Positions 1 through 8,574 of a stretch of DNA of 64,000 nucleotides are shown here, piece after piece. The stretch lies in the NCBI GenBank assembly GCA_036229005.1, contig JAZAMN010000049.1:32001-96000 (forward strand), in the 5' to 3' direction. The stretch's first letter is position 1, and each line of letters starts with the position of its first letter. The translations under genes and the position numbers were made by a program. The stretch comes from Myxococcota bacterium (GTDB lineage: Bacteria; Myxococcota_A; UBA796; CAJQPC01). Below the pieces are notes generated by a model that had not been told where the DNA came from, searched no databases, and worked only from the letters and a program-made list of their open reading frames with translations.

Positions 1-185
1 AGGGGGGTGCCCCAGCTCTGGGCCAGAAGGTGGGGGCCATAGCGATCGATGGCCAGGTTCTCCCTCCCCTCGTTGCGGCCATGGAAGACGCGCCAGGTGT
101 CGCAGCCTTCGGACCGCAGGGCCTCGATCAAGGGGGCGCGGCGGGCCAGGGCCTGCTGCAGGCTGTGGGCCAGTTCGGTGGACAT
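1..185 (-). CDS. 5' part of a class I SAM-dependent (RlmI/RlmK-like) methyltransferase, truncated by the window edge
   Basis: Not in the ORF track. ATG at 185 reads MSTELAHSLQQALARRAPLIEALRSEGCDTWRVFHGRNEGRENLAIDRYGPHLLAQSW; the RxFHG-x-EG-x-L-x-IDRYG pattern is typical of the RlmI-like N-terminal region. Confidence 0.7.
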   Translation of the reverse strand, partial: MSTELAHSLQQALARRAPLIEALRSEGCDTWRVFHGRNEGRENLAIDRYGPHLLAQSWGTP

Positions 186-214
186 GGGCGCTCCGAGGGG
201 CCCCCGGCGCTGAC

Positions 215-1246
215 TCAGAAGGGGCAGCTCGGGGACAGGGAGAGGGCCGAATAGGCCTCCGCCGGCAGAAAGTCCAGGCCGGTCTCGGACTGGGTGGCCA
301 GGGACCAGCCGGGCTGCGCGCCGACGCCCAGGTAGGAGACGGCGGCCAACGCGCTGGTGGCGGGGGGGATCCAGACGCTCAGGGCCATCTGGCCCTCGTA
401 GCAGGCGGGGAGCGCGGGGGTGTCCTGGCCGATGCTGAAGCGGCCGTTGCCGTTGTTGTCCAGGTAGAAGAAGGCCAGCTCGATGGCGCCGCCGGGGAGC
501 AGCGCGTCGGTCGCGGGGAGGCGGTGCTCGGCGGGGGGCGCGCCGTCCAGGGTGATGCTCCAGGCGGAGGCGACGATGTCCTGGTCGGCCAGGGGCTCGA
601 GCACCGAGGGCGCGCTGAACCAGGAGGCGGGCAGCATGGCGACGCGGCCGGGGCCGTAGTCCTCGGAGTAGCTGCCGGAGAGCGCCAGGGTGTCGACGGG
701 CTCCAGGCTCAGGCTGAGGGGGAGGTTGTCCAGATCGGTGACCTGGGTGGTGGTGGGCAGGCTGCGGAAGGCGTTCCAGCCGCCGCGGAAGCCCAGGAAC
801 TCCATGACGGAGGTAGGCTGGTCGATGTAGAGCAGCGAGAAGTCGGCGCTGCCCAGGAAGCGCTCGTCGCTGTCCAGGCTCGCGTCGCCGTCGAGATCCT
901 CGAAGACCAGGAGCATGCCGTAGCGGCCCTGGGGCCCATCGGCGCTGTCCAGGGGCCAGAGCGCGCTGGCGCCCGGGTCGTCCAGGGTGAAGCTGGCGGC
1001 GCCGTCGACCAAGGCGGCGGTGGAGACGGTCTCCAGATCCTCGACGCCGGAGAGCCCGACCTGGAAGCTGACCAGCATGACGGCGTAGTCCCCGTCCAGT
1101 TCGCCCACGACGCTGACGCTTTGCGGACCGGGGTCCACGGGGCCGCTGTCGTGGGTGTCGGTGGGCACCACGTAGGGCCCGGTGTCCTGGGGGAGCGGCT
1201 CGACGCAGGCCAGGCCGCTTTGGAGGAGGATGGGGAGGAGCTGCAT
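215..1246 (-). CDS. Hypothetical lipoprotein with DxDxDG Ca-binding-like loops; paralog of 1289-2365
   Basis: MQLLPILLQSGLAC lipobox-like start; FEDLDGDASLD and YLDNNGNGRFS loops; TACACT 6 nt upstream supports the ATG at 1246. Confidence 0.8.
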   Translation of the reverse strand: MQLLPILLQSGLACVEPLPQDTGPYVVPTDTHDSGPVDPGPQSVSVVGELDGDYAVMLVSFQVGLSGVEDLETVSTAALVDGAASFTLDDPGASALWPLDSADGPQGRYGMLLVFEDLDGDASLDSDERFLGSADFSLLYIDQPTSVMEFLGFRGGWNAFRSLPTTTQVTDLDNLPLSLSLEPVDTLALSGSYSEDYGPGRVAMLPASWFSAPSVLEPLADQDIVASAWSITLDGAPPAEHRLPATDALLPGGAIELAFFYLDNNGNGRFSIGQDTPALPACYEGQMALSVWIPPATSALAAVSYLGVGAQPGWSLATQSETGLDFLPAEAYSALSLSPSCPF

Positions 1247-1288
1247 GGGCAAAGTGTAGCAGTCCCCTCCCCTATTGGCGCCGGGGGC

Positions 1289-2365
1289 CTACTCCTCGGG
1301 GAAGCTGCAGCTCCCGTCGAAGGCGAGGCGATTGAGGTCCTCTTGGGGGACGGGCGTGACGCCCTCGCCGGCGATGGTGATCAGGTTCCAGCCCCCGCGG
1401 AAGCCCTCCTCCAGGTAGAAGCCGGCCAGCTCATAGCTGGTGGCCATCTCCAGCCAGGCGGCGGCGCTGATCTGCCCGTCCAGGCACATGGTGTGGGCGC
1501 TGCCGAACTCGCTGCTCTGGTCCAGGCTGCCGGAGAGGTTGGTGTCGTAGTAGGCGATGGGCACCTCGATGAGCCCGTCTTCGTTGGCGTGGTCGGCGGG
1601 GGGCGCGTCGCTGAGCTCCAGGGAGAAGCTGTCGGAGACCAGCGCGTCGTAGAGCGGCGTGACGCTGGTGTCCCCGTCGAGCTGGGCGCCGGAGAACAGG
1701 CCCAGCCGCCACTGCCCGTCCTCGTCCGGCAGGGGCAGGTCCGTGGTGCCGGAGAAGGCCAGCGCCTGGGGCGCGAGGTTGGTGGCCAGGGGGATGTTGG
1801 ACTTGACGTGGATGGTGGGCAGGTCGGCGCCCTCGTCCTCGAAGCCCTGCCAGCCGTCGGACACGATGAAGCCGAGCTCCCCCTCGACGCCCTCCAGGTA
1901 GAGGACGGAGGCGGGGCCCACGCCCCAGATCTCCTCGCCGGCCTCGTAGGCGCCGCTGGCGTCGGCGTCGTCGAAGATGGATACCAGGTAGAACGCGCCG
2001 ACGGTGTCGTAGCCGTCGATGAAGGCGTCCAGGCTGTCGGAGGCGGGGTTCTCCACGGTCACGGAGGCCTTCCCGCCGGCGATCACGCCCGTGCCCGCCA
2101 TGCCCAGGAAGGCGCCGTCCCCGGCGAAGTCCACGCGCTGGACCTCCACGGTCAGGCCGTCGGCCTCGCCGTCGATGGTGAAGCCCAGGGTCTCGGTGAC
2201 CGGGTCGGTGTCGGCGTCGGAGTCCGAGTCGGAGTCCGCGTCGGTGTCGGAGTCGGAGTCCGCGTCGGTGTCGGCGTCGGCTTCGGTGCTGGTGTCGTCG
2301 AGCTCGAGCTCTCCGTCGGTGCAGGCCAGCGGACCGAGGGCGAGAAGGGCGAGAAGTGTGTGCAT
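1289..2365 (-). CDS. Hypothetical lipoprotein with Asp-rich linker; paralog of 215-1246
   Basis: MHTLLALLALGPLAC lipobox, DADTDADSDSDT linker, GGAGG upstream of the ATG. Confidence 0.85.
   Translation of the reverse strand: MHTLLALLALGPLACTDGELELDDTSTEADADTDADSDSDTDADSDSDSDADTDPVTETLGFTIDGEADGLTVEVQRVDFAGDGAFLGMAGTGVIAGGKASVTVENPASDSLDAFIDGYDTVGAFYLVSIFDDADASGAYEAGEEIWGVGPASVLYLEGVEGELGFIVSDGWQGFEDEGADLPTIHVKSNIPLATNLAPQALAFSGTTDLPLPDEDGQWRLGLFSGAQLDGDTSVTPLYDALVSDSFSLELSDAPPADHANEDGLIEVPIAYYDTNLSGSLDQSSEFGSAHTMCLDGQISAAAWLEMATSYELAGFYLEEGFRGGWNLITIAGEGVTPVPQEDLNRLAFDGSCSFPEE
2205..2285 (-). repeat. Coding low-complexity (GAC-NCN)n tandem repeat encoding the (D-A/T/S)n linker
   Basis: tcggtgtcggcgtcggagtccgagtcggagtccgcgtcgg... 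on the + strand. Confidence 0.8.
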
Positions 2366-2401
2366 GGGGATCCTCCAGGGCAGAGCTTGCCTCACAAGCG
2401 C

Positions 2402-3175
2402 TCAGCTCTGCTTGGACCCGCCAGCCCCCGGGACCTGAAAGGCGGGGCGCCCATTTCTCTGCAGGCTGGCCAGGCGCTCGGGGTCGAAGGCCCAGCGGCC
2501 GCGCACCGTGGGCTCCTGGATGCGCTCGTCCAGCAGCTCCAGGTAGCGCACGCGCGGGATCTCCCGCGCGCCGAAGCGGGCCAGGTGGTCGGTGTAGACC
2601 TGGGAGTCCACCAGGTCCACGCCCCAGCCGGCGAGCTGATCCACCAGGGCGACGAAGGCGATCTTGGAGGCATCCGGGGCCAGCGCGAACATGCTCTCGC
2701 CGAAGAAGATGCGGCCCAGGCAGACGCCGTAGAGGCCCCCGACCAGCTCCCCCTCCGGGCTCCAGGCCTCGACGCTGTGGGCGAACCCGGCCTCGTGGAG
2801 CTGCGTGTACCCGGTGAGCATGTCCTGGGTGATCCAGGTGCCAGCCTGTCCTCGCCGGGGGACCTGACCGCAGGCCTCCATGACGGACCGGAAGGCAGTG
2901 TCGAGGGTGAGCCTGTAGGGTGCCTTCTTGAGGGTCTTCCTCAGAGACCGCCCCACCCGCAGCTCGTCCACGTAGAGCACAAAGCGCGGGTCGGGGGAGA
3001 ACCACAGGATGGGCTGATCTTCGCTGTACCAGGGGAAGATCCCGGTGGCGTAGGCGGTGAGCAGGCGGCGAGGGTCCAGGTCCCCACCCCAGGCCAGCAG
3101 CCCGTCGGGGCGGGCCAGGTTCGGGTCCGGGAACACGTGCTCCGGAGGCAGCGAGAAGACAGGCACCCCAGGCAC
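2402..3175 (-). CDS. aat: Leucyl/phenylalanyl-tRNA--protein transferase
   Basis: GLLAWGGDL, GIFPW, WFSPDPR, HSVEAW, GGLYGV, FFGESMF and DASK motifs. Confidence 0.95.
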   Translation of the reverse strand: MPGVPVFSLPPEHVFPDPNLARPDGLLAWGGDLDPRRLLTAYATGIFPWYSEDQPILWFSPDPRFVLYVDELRVGRSLRKTLKKAPYRLTLDTAFRSVMEACGQVPRRGQAGTWITQDMLTGYTQLHEAGFAHSVEAWSPEGELVGGLYGVCLGRIFFGESMFALAPDASKIAFVALVDQLAGWGVDLVDSQVYTDHLARFGAREIPRVRYLELLDERIQEPTVRGRWAFDPERLASLQRNGRPAFQVPGAGGSKQS

Positions 3176-3211
3176 CTAACCCCGGGACGGTCGCCGGGAT
3201 AGGGGCCGGAC

Positions 3212-3865
3212 ATGGACCAACTTCAAGACCTCTTCATCGGGATCGCCGGCATGATCGGCGCCGGCAAGTCCACCCTGGCCACGGCTCTGGGGCAGCACCT
3301 GAACCTGCCCGTCTACTACGAGCCCGTCGCGGACAACGACTACCTGGAGGACTTCTACCGGGACACGGCGCGCTACGCGTTCCAGACGCAGATCTACCTG
3401 CTCAACCGGCGCTTCCAGCAGCACCAGGAGATCATCTGGCGCGGCGGCGGCGGCGTACAGGACCGCACCATCTACGAGGACGCGGTGTTCGCCAAGATGC
3501 TGGTGGACGCGGACCTGATGGACGAGCGGGACTACCAGACCTACCTGAGCCTGTTCCGCCACATGTCCAACTTCATGTGTCGCCCCAACGTCATCGTCTA
3601 CCTGGACGTGAGCCCGGAGCGCAGCCTGGAGCGCGTGCGCATGCGCAACCGCGGCGTCGAGAGCGGCATCACCCTGGAGTACCTGGCGGGGCTGCACCGG
3701 GAGTACGAGAACTTCGTGCAGAACATCTCGCGCACGGTGCCGGTCATCCGCGTGGACTGGGACCAGTTCCGCGACACCGAGGAGATGGCCGCCGTGATCG
3801 AGCGCGAGTACCTGACCAGCAGCTTCCTGCGGCAGGTCACCTGGCAGCCCACCCGGGCCAACTGA
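3212..3865 (+). CDS. Deoxynucleoside kinase (dAK/dCK-like)
   Basis: P-loop GMIGAGKST, YEPV, DRTIYED and lid RMRNRGVE. Confidence 0.93.
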   Translation: MDQLQDLFIGIAGMIGAGKSTLATALGQHLNLPVYYEPVADNDYLEDFYRDTARYAFQTQIYLLNRRFQQHQEIIWRGGGGVQDRTIYEDAVFAKMLVDADLMDERDYQTYLSLFRHMSNFMCRPNVIVYLDVSPERSLERVRMRNRGVESGITLEYLAGLHREYENFVQNISRTVPVIRVDWDQFRDTEEMAAVIEREYLTSSFLRQVTWQPTRAN

Positions 3866-4779
3866 TGGCCGGGCTGGTCGACGAGATCGCCGAGATGCTG
3901 GCCCTCCCCCGGGGGCTGCAGCTCGAGCGCGCTCAGGCCATCCGCGACCGGCACGCGGCGGACGCCCACCCCGAGGAGTGGAACACCCGCTTTGGCCCGG
4001 ACTCGCTGTTCTCGGCGTGGACGGACTGCCCGCTGATGCGGCCGCTCTACGCCAGCAACCGGGCGCTGATCACGGCGCACCTGGCCGACCGCTCCGACTG
4101 GCGGGCGGTGGAGATTGGTGGCGGTGATGGGCGCCTCTGGGACCAGCTCCCCATCGAGACCCCGGGCACCCTGGTGGTCGTGGATCCCGTCGCCGAGGTC
4201 CACGCGCAGGTCGCCGCCCGGCTTCCCTCGAACATCCGCCTGGAGTCCTTCGTCGGTCTGGCCCAGGACTTCCAGGGCTGGGACGAGGTGGACCTGTTTG
4301 TCTGCAGCCTGACTCTGCACCACGTCGCTGGCCTGTCCGCCCCCCACCGGGAGACACACGGGCTCGCCGGCGAGGGCAAGCTGGAGATCCTGGAGCGGGC
4401 GGCTGCCGCCTTGGCTGCACGGCAGGGCCTGGGCATCCTCAACGAGGCCGACGTCTACTGCGAGATCGACCTGGCCCCTGGGCACCCGCAGCTCTTGGAC
4501 CACCTGCTGGACTCCTACCTGCGCCGCTGCGGCAAGGCGCTGGTCGACGCGGTGCAGCGCCAACCGGACCACCCCCTGGCGCCGCGCTGGGCGACCATCC
4601 TGCACCGCTGGTGCCTGGATCAGCTCGCGGTGGGGGAGCTGCCCCTGGAGCAGCGGGACGTGTACGAGCTGAGCGTCGAGCGCTGGGTGGCGCTGCTGGA
4701 GTCGGCCGGGCTGAAGGTGACCTCGCTGGCGTTCACGGATCCCTACCGCTTGTTCTGTCAGTACCAGTTGCGGGCGTAG
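3865..4779 (+). CDS. Class I SAM-dependent methyltransferase-like protein
   Basis: TGATG overlap with the kinase stop; VEIGGGDG motif I, VVDP motif II, CSLTLHHV motif. Confidence 0.7.
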   Translation: MAGLVDEIAEMLALPRGLQLERAQAIRDRHAADAHPEEWNTRFGPDSLFSAWTDCPLMRPLYASNRALITAHLADRSDWRAVEIGGGDGRLWDQLPIETPGTLVVVDPVAEVHAQVAARLPSNIRLESFVGLAQDFQGWDEVDLFVCSLTLHHVAGLSAPHRETHGLAGEGKLEILERAAAALAARQGLGILNEADVYCEIDLAPGHPQLLDHLLDSYLRRCGKALVDAVQRQPDHPLAPRWATILHRWCLDQLAVGELPLEQRDVYELSVERWVALLESAGLKVTSLAFTDPYRLFCQYQLRA

Positions 4780-4859
4780 CCCGCGGGGTGAGCCCGCCGG
4801 GTGAGCCGGGCAGGTGGCGGACCAGCCCGCCCCTCTTCCCAGAAGGACGGGCCGAGAGA

Positions 4860-5190
4860 CGGGCGAAGTCAGGCGTCCGTCGCTGACCTGATCGCAGAAG
4901 GCCCAGAATGGGTCCCCTCCGCTGGGATCGATCCAGTAGGGCCGCTGGTGGTGACGCCGCTGTCGAGCAGGTCCAGGCAGCTCTTGCCAGGACAGCTCTC
5001 CCCTGTTCCCTCGACCCCCTAGTCCGTGAGCTCGTCGCAATCGCTGTCCAGGCCATCACAGAGTTCTTCGGCGCCGGGGTGGATGGCGGCGTTGTCGTCG
5101 TCGCAGTCCTGATCGACGGGGTAGCCGTCCTGGTCCACGTCGACGGGCGCGGTGTCGACAGGGTCGGTGTCCGCGGTGTCCTCCAGAGCG
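4860..5190 (-). pseudogene. Remnant of a MopE-like metal-binding repeat plus fibrinogen-like (YCD..GGW-type) domain protein
   Basis: EDTADTDPVDTAPVDVDQDGYPVDQDCDDDNAAIHPGAEELCDGLDSDCDELTD*GVEGTGESCPGKSCLDLLDSGVTTSG, then a frameshift, then PYWIDPSGGDPFWAFCDQVSDG; in-frame TAG at 5019-5021 and no start codon seen. Confidence 0.8.
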
Positions 5191-5285
5191 GGTGTTCCCC
5201 ACCAAGGCCCTATGCACCGGCGCGCGTGTGCTTCTGGACGAGTCGTTCAGGGACTGGCCCCCGTCACCCTTTGCGCCGTCGACTG

Positions 5286-5326
5286 AAACCGAGAAGCCCC
5301 GCCCCTCCGGAGGGAGAGACGGGGCC
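5286..5326 (-). terminator. Putative intrinsic terminator of the EF-Tu paralog
   Basis: Minus strand gccccg-tctctccctccggagggg-cggggc followed by ttctcggtttc, directly after the stop. Confidence 0.6.
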
Positions 5327-5332
5327 GGTTGG

Positions 5333-6523
<1,191 letters not shown>

Positions 6524-6584
6524 GGGTGCCTTCCTCCCTTGCGGGTGTTGGCGGTTGAAGGGGGCCGGGCGGATCCCGACCCCG

Positions 6585-6626
6585 AAACGAAGAACGCCCC
6601 CTCGGGCGCAGAGGCCGGAGGGGGCG
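6585..6626 (-). terminator. Attenuator terminator in the tuf 5' leader
   Basis: Minus strand CGCCCCCTC-cggcctctgcgccc-GAGGGGGCG followed by TTCTTCGTTT, between the uORF stop and the tuf RBS. Confidence 0.75.
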
Positions 6627-6659
6627 AGCAGGGCGAGCTTCAGCTTGGGGTGGCTGTGT

Positions 6660-6752
6660 CTACCTGAGGTCCCTCCGGGCGCACGACGACGACGACGCGC
6701 TGGACGAATCCAGCGAGCGGCCAAGGTCGGCGAGGGGGGGGATGAAGCTCAT
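6660..6752 (-). CDS. Putative leader (attenuator) peptide [30 protein letters not shown], 30 aa
   Basis: ATG 7 nt after TAACTT; run of TCG codons; stop lies just upstream of the terminator; 3' codons are complementary to the terminator 5' arm. Confidence 0.65.
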   Translation of the reverse strand: MSFIPPLADLGRSLDSSSASSSSCARRDLR

Positions 6753-6759
6753 GCGGGCC

Positions 6760-6787
6760 AAGTTAGGACCCGGTTCTGGAGCGGCAA
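6760..6787 (-). promoter_or_regulatory. Sigma70-type promoter for the leaderless uORF-tuf transcript
   Basis: TTGCCG-N16-TAACTT-N7-ATG; the same -35 hexamer occurs in the tRNA-Gly promoter. Confidence 0.6.
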
Positions 6788-6828
6788 GGGGGCGGGTGCG
6801 ATTTGCGGGAGAGTACGCCCCAAGGCGC

Positions 6829-7632
6829 TCAGTCGAGCTCGCTGAGCCAGCGCATCCAGTCGGCGGTCACGCCCTCGGGGACCTCGCCGGCGGACAGCCT
6901 GCGGTGCAGTTCGGTGCGCAGCAGGATCTTCTCACGGTGGGGATCCGGTGGGAGGGAGCCCCCAGCCCGATATCCCCCCAGGAAGGCCTCGCGGGTGCCA
7001 GGGAGCTGGCGGAAGACGCTCAGGTGCAGCTCCACGAAGTCCAACTCGCGGGGGCCCCAGCAGCAGTTGACCCAGTCCACCACGCCGCCGATGGTCCAGC
7101 CCTTGCGCGGGTCCCGCACGACCTGGACGTTGCCCAGGTGGTAGTCGCCGTGTACCAATCGGGGGGTGGCGCCGAGAAGCTCCGGGCGCTCGGGGATGGC
7201 GCCCTGGTAGTCGGCCGGCTTCCGGCAGCGGTGGATGGCCGAGAGCTGGCGGCCCATCTCGAAGCAGAGGTCCGGGAGGCCGTCGAGGGAGAGCCGCCCC
7301 TGCTTGTACAGGAACCAGGCGGACTGGCCGGGGACGTGGGCCATGATCGCCCCGCCATCCAGCAGCAGGTAGGGCTCAGGGAGCTTGACCCCGCGCAGGC
7401 GGGAGATGGCCTCGGCCTCGGCGGCGAGGCCTTGCTGGGCGCTGCGGTCCTCCAGGTTCTCCCGGCGGGGGATCTTGAGCAGGCGCTGCTCCGCGCCGGG
7501 CTCGGTGAGCTTGAAGAGAAGGTGCTGCGCCCCGCCCGCCTGTGGCTGGAGACCCTCCACCTGGATGCCGGCCTGGCCGAGCAGCGCCTCTGCCCGCTCC
7601 CGCGCCTGCAAGGCGTCGATGCTCTCGCTCAC
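6829..7632 (-). CDS. Aminoglycoside phosphotransferase/choline-kinase-like (APH family) protein
   Basis: LLKIPR, LVHGDYHLGNV Brenner motif, GVVDW, GPRELD; GTG start with GGAGAG upstream. Confidence 0.8.
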   Translation of the reverse strand: MSESIDALQARERAEALLGQAGIQVEGLQPQAGGAQHLLFKLTEPGAEQRLLKIPRRENLEDRSAQQGLAAEAEAISRLRGVKLPEPYLLLDGGAIMAHVPGQSAWFLYKQGRLSLDGLPDLCFEMGRQLSAIHRCRKPADYQGAIPERPELLGATPRLVHGDYHLGNVQVVRDPRKGWTIGGVVDWVNCCWGPRELDFVELHLSVFRQLPGTREAFLGGYRAGGSLPPDPHREKILLRTELHRRLSAGEVPEGVTADWMRWLSELD

Positions 7633-7744
7633 AAACTCTCCGCTGGGGTCTGGTCCCGCGCCCCGGTGTCCTCGCTCGGGCCACGGCGCGCAGCGATTGT
7701 AGCGGGGGGCTTGTCGCTGGCGCGGGTGAGCGCAGATTTGGGGC

Positions 7745-8497
7745 ATGGAAAACAACCGCTCCTCCCTGCTCCGTCCCTTCGGAATCCCCATCCGCCTCCA
7801 CAGCTCCTTTCTGCTGCTGGGCGGCGGCTACATCCTCTGGCAGGCCCTCTCGGGGGGCGCCTCGGCGGCGGCATCAGCGCTGCTGCTGGGCGGCATGCTC
7901 TTTGGATCGGTCGCCCTGCACGAGCTGGGGCACGCGCTCACGGCGCGGGCTTTCGGGCTGCGGACGCGGGACATCACGCTCTACCCCTTCGGCGGCGTCG
8001 CGGCGCTGGAGGGCGAGCCCAAGCCGGGGCGCCAGGAGGCGCTGATCGCCCTCGCGGGCCCAGCGGTCAACCTGGTCCTGGCGGCGATCGCCCTGCCCTT
8101 CGCCCTGAGCGGGAGCGCGCTGGCCCTGAGCTTCGTGGGGCTGAACGCCATCATGGGCGTTTTCAACCTGCTGCCCGCCTTTCCCATGGACGGCGGCCGC
8201 GTGCTGCGGAGCTGGATGGCGCGCCGCTCGGGCGACCCGCTGCAGGCCACTGAGCGCGCCCTGGGCATCAGCCGCTGGCTGTCCTGGGGGATGCTCGCCA
8301 TCGGCGTGTTCCAGGGGGGCAGCCTCGTGCTCGTGGGCCTGGCCCTGCTGTGGATGAACCGCCAGGAGCGCCGCCGGCTGGAGATGCAGCGGCTGGAGAT
8401 GCAGCGCCGCGCCCAGGTCCGCGCGCGCCGAGAGACCAAGGTGGTCGCCCACGACCACTGGCAGGGGCCGCCGATGTGGAGCCACCCCGCGGTCTGA
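7745..8497 (+). CDS. Site-2 protease (M50 family) intramembrane metalloprotease
   Basis: HELGH, AGPAVN and FNLLPAFPMDGGR motifs; hydrophobic segments. Confidence 0.93.
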   Translation: MENNRSSLLRPFGIPIRLHSSFLLLGGGYILWQALSGGASAAASALLLGGMLFGSVALHELGHALTARAFGLRTRDITLYPFGGVAALEGEPKPGRQEALIALAGPAVNLVLAAIALPFALSGSALALSFVGLNAIMGVFNLLPAFPMDGGRVLRSWMARRSGDPLQATERALGISRWLSWGMLAIGVFQGGSLVLVGLALLWMNRQERRRLEMQRLEMQRRAQVRARRETKVVAHDHWQGPPMWSHPAV

Positions 8498-8512
8498 GCG
8501 GCCTCCCAGAGA

Positions 8513-8561
8513 CAAAGCGCCCCGCCCGTGCTCCAGGAGAGCGGGGCGGGGCGCCTGCTTT
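8513..8561. terminator. Hairpin between convergent genes, probably a bidirectional terminator
   Basis: GCGCCCCGCCC...GGGCGGGGCGC stem flanked by caaa and ctgcttt. Confidence 0.6.
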
Positions 8562-8574
8562 GGGGACCCAAGGC

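Noticed and set aside
5019..5021. In-frame TAG as possible recoding (pyrrolysine or readthrough)
   Set aside because: Accompanied by a frameshift and a missing start; TAG is used as a normal stop elsewhere in the window; no pyl genes seen
6524..6724. 67-aa N-terminal extension of EF-Tu in the ORF track, including an RRRRR run
   Set aside because: A strong RBS precedes ATG 6523 and homology starts there; the region is better explained as the attenuator leader in another frame
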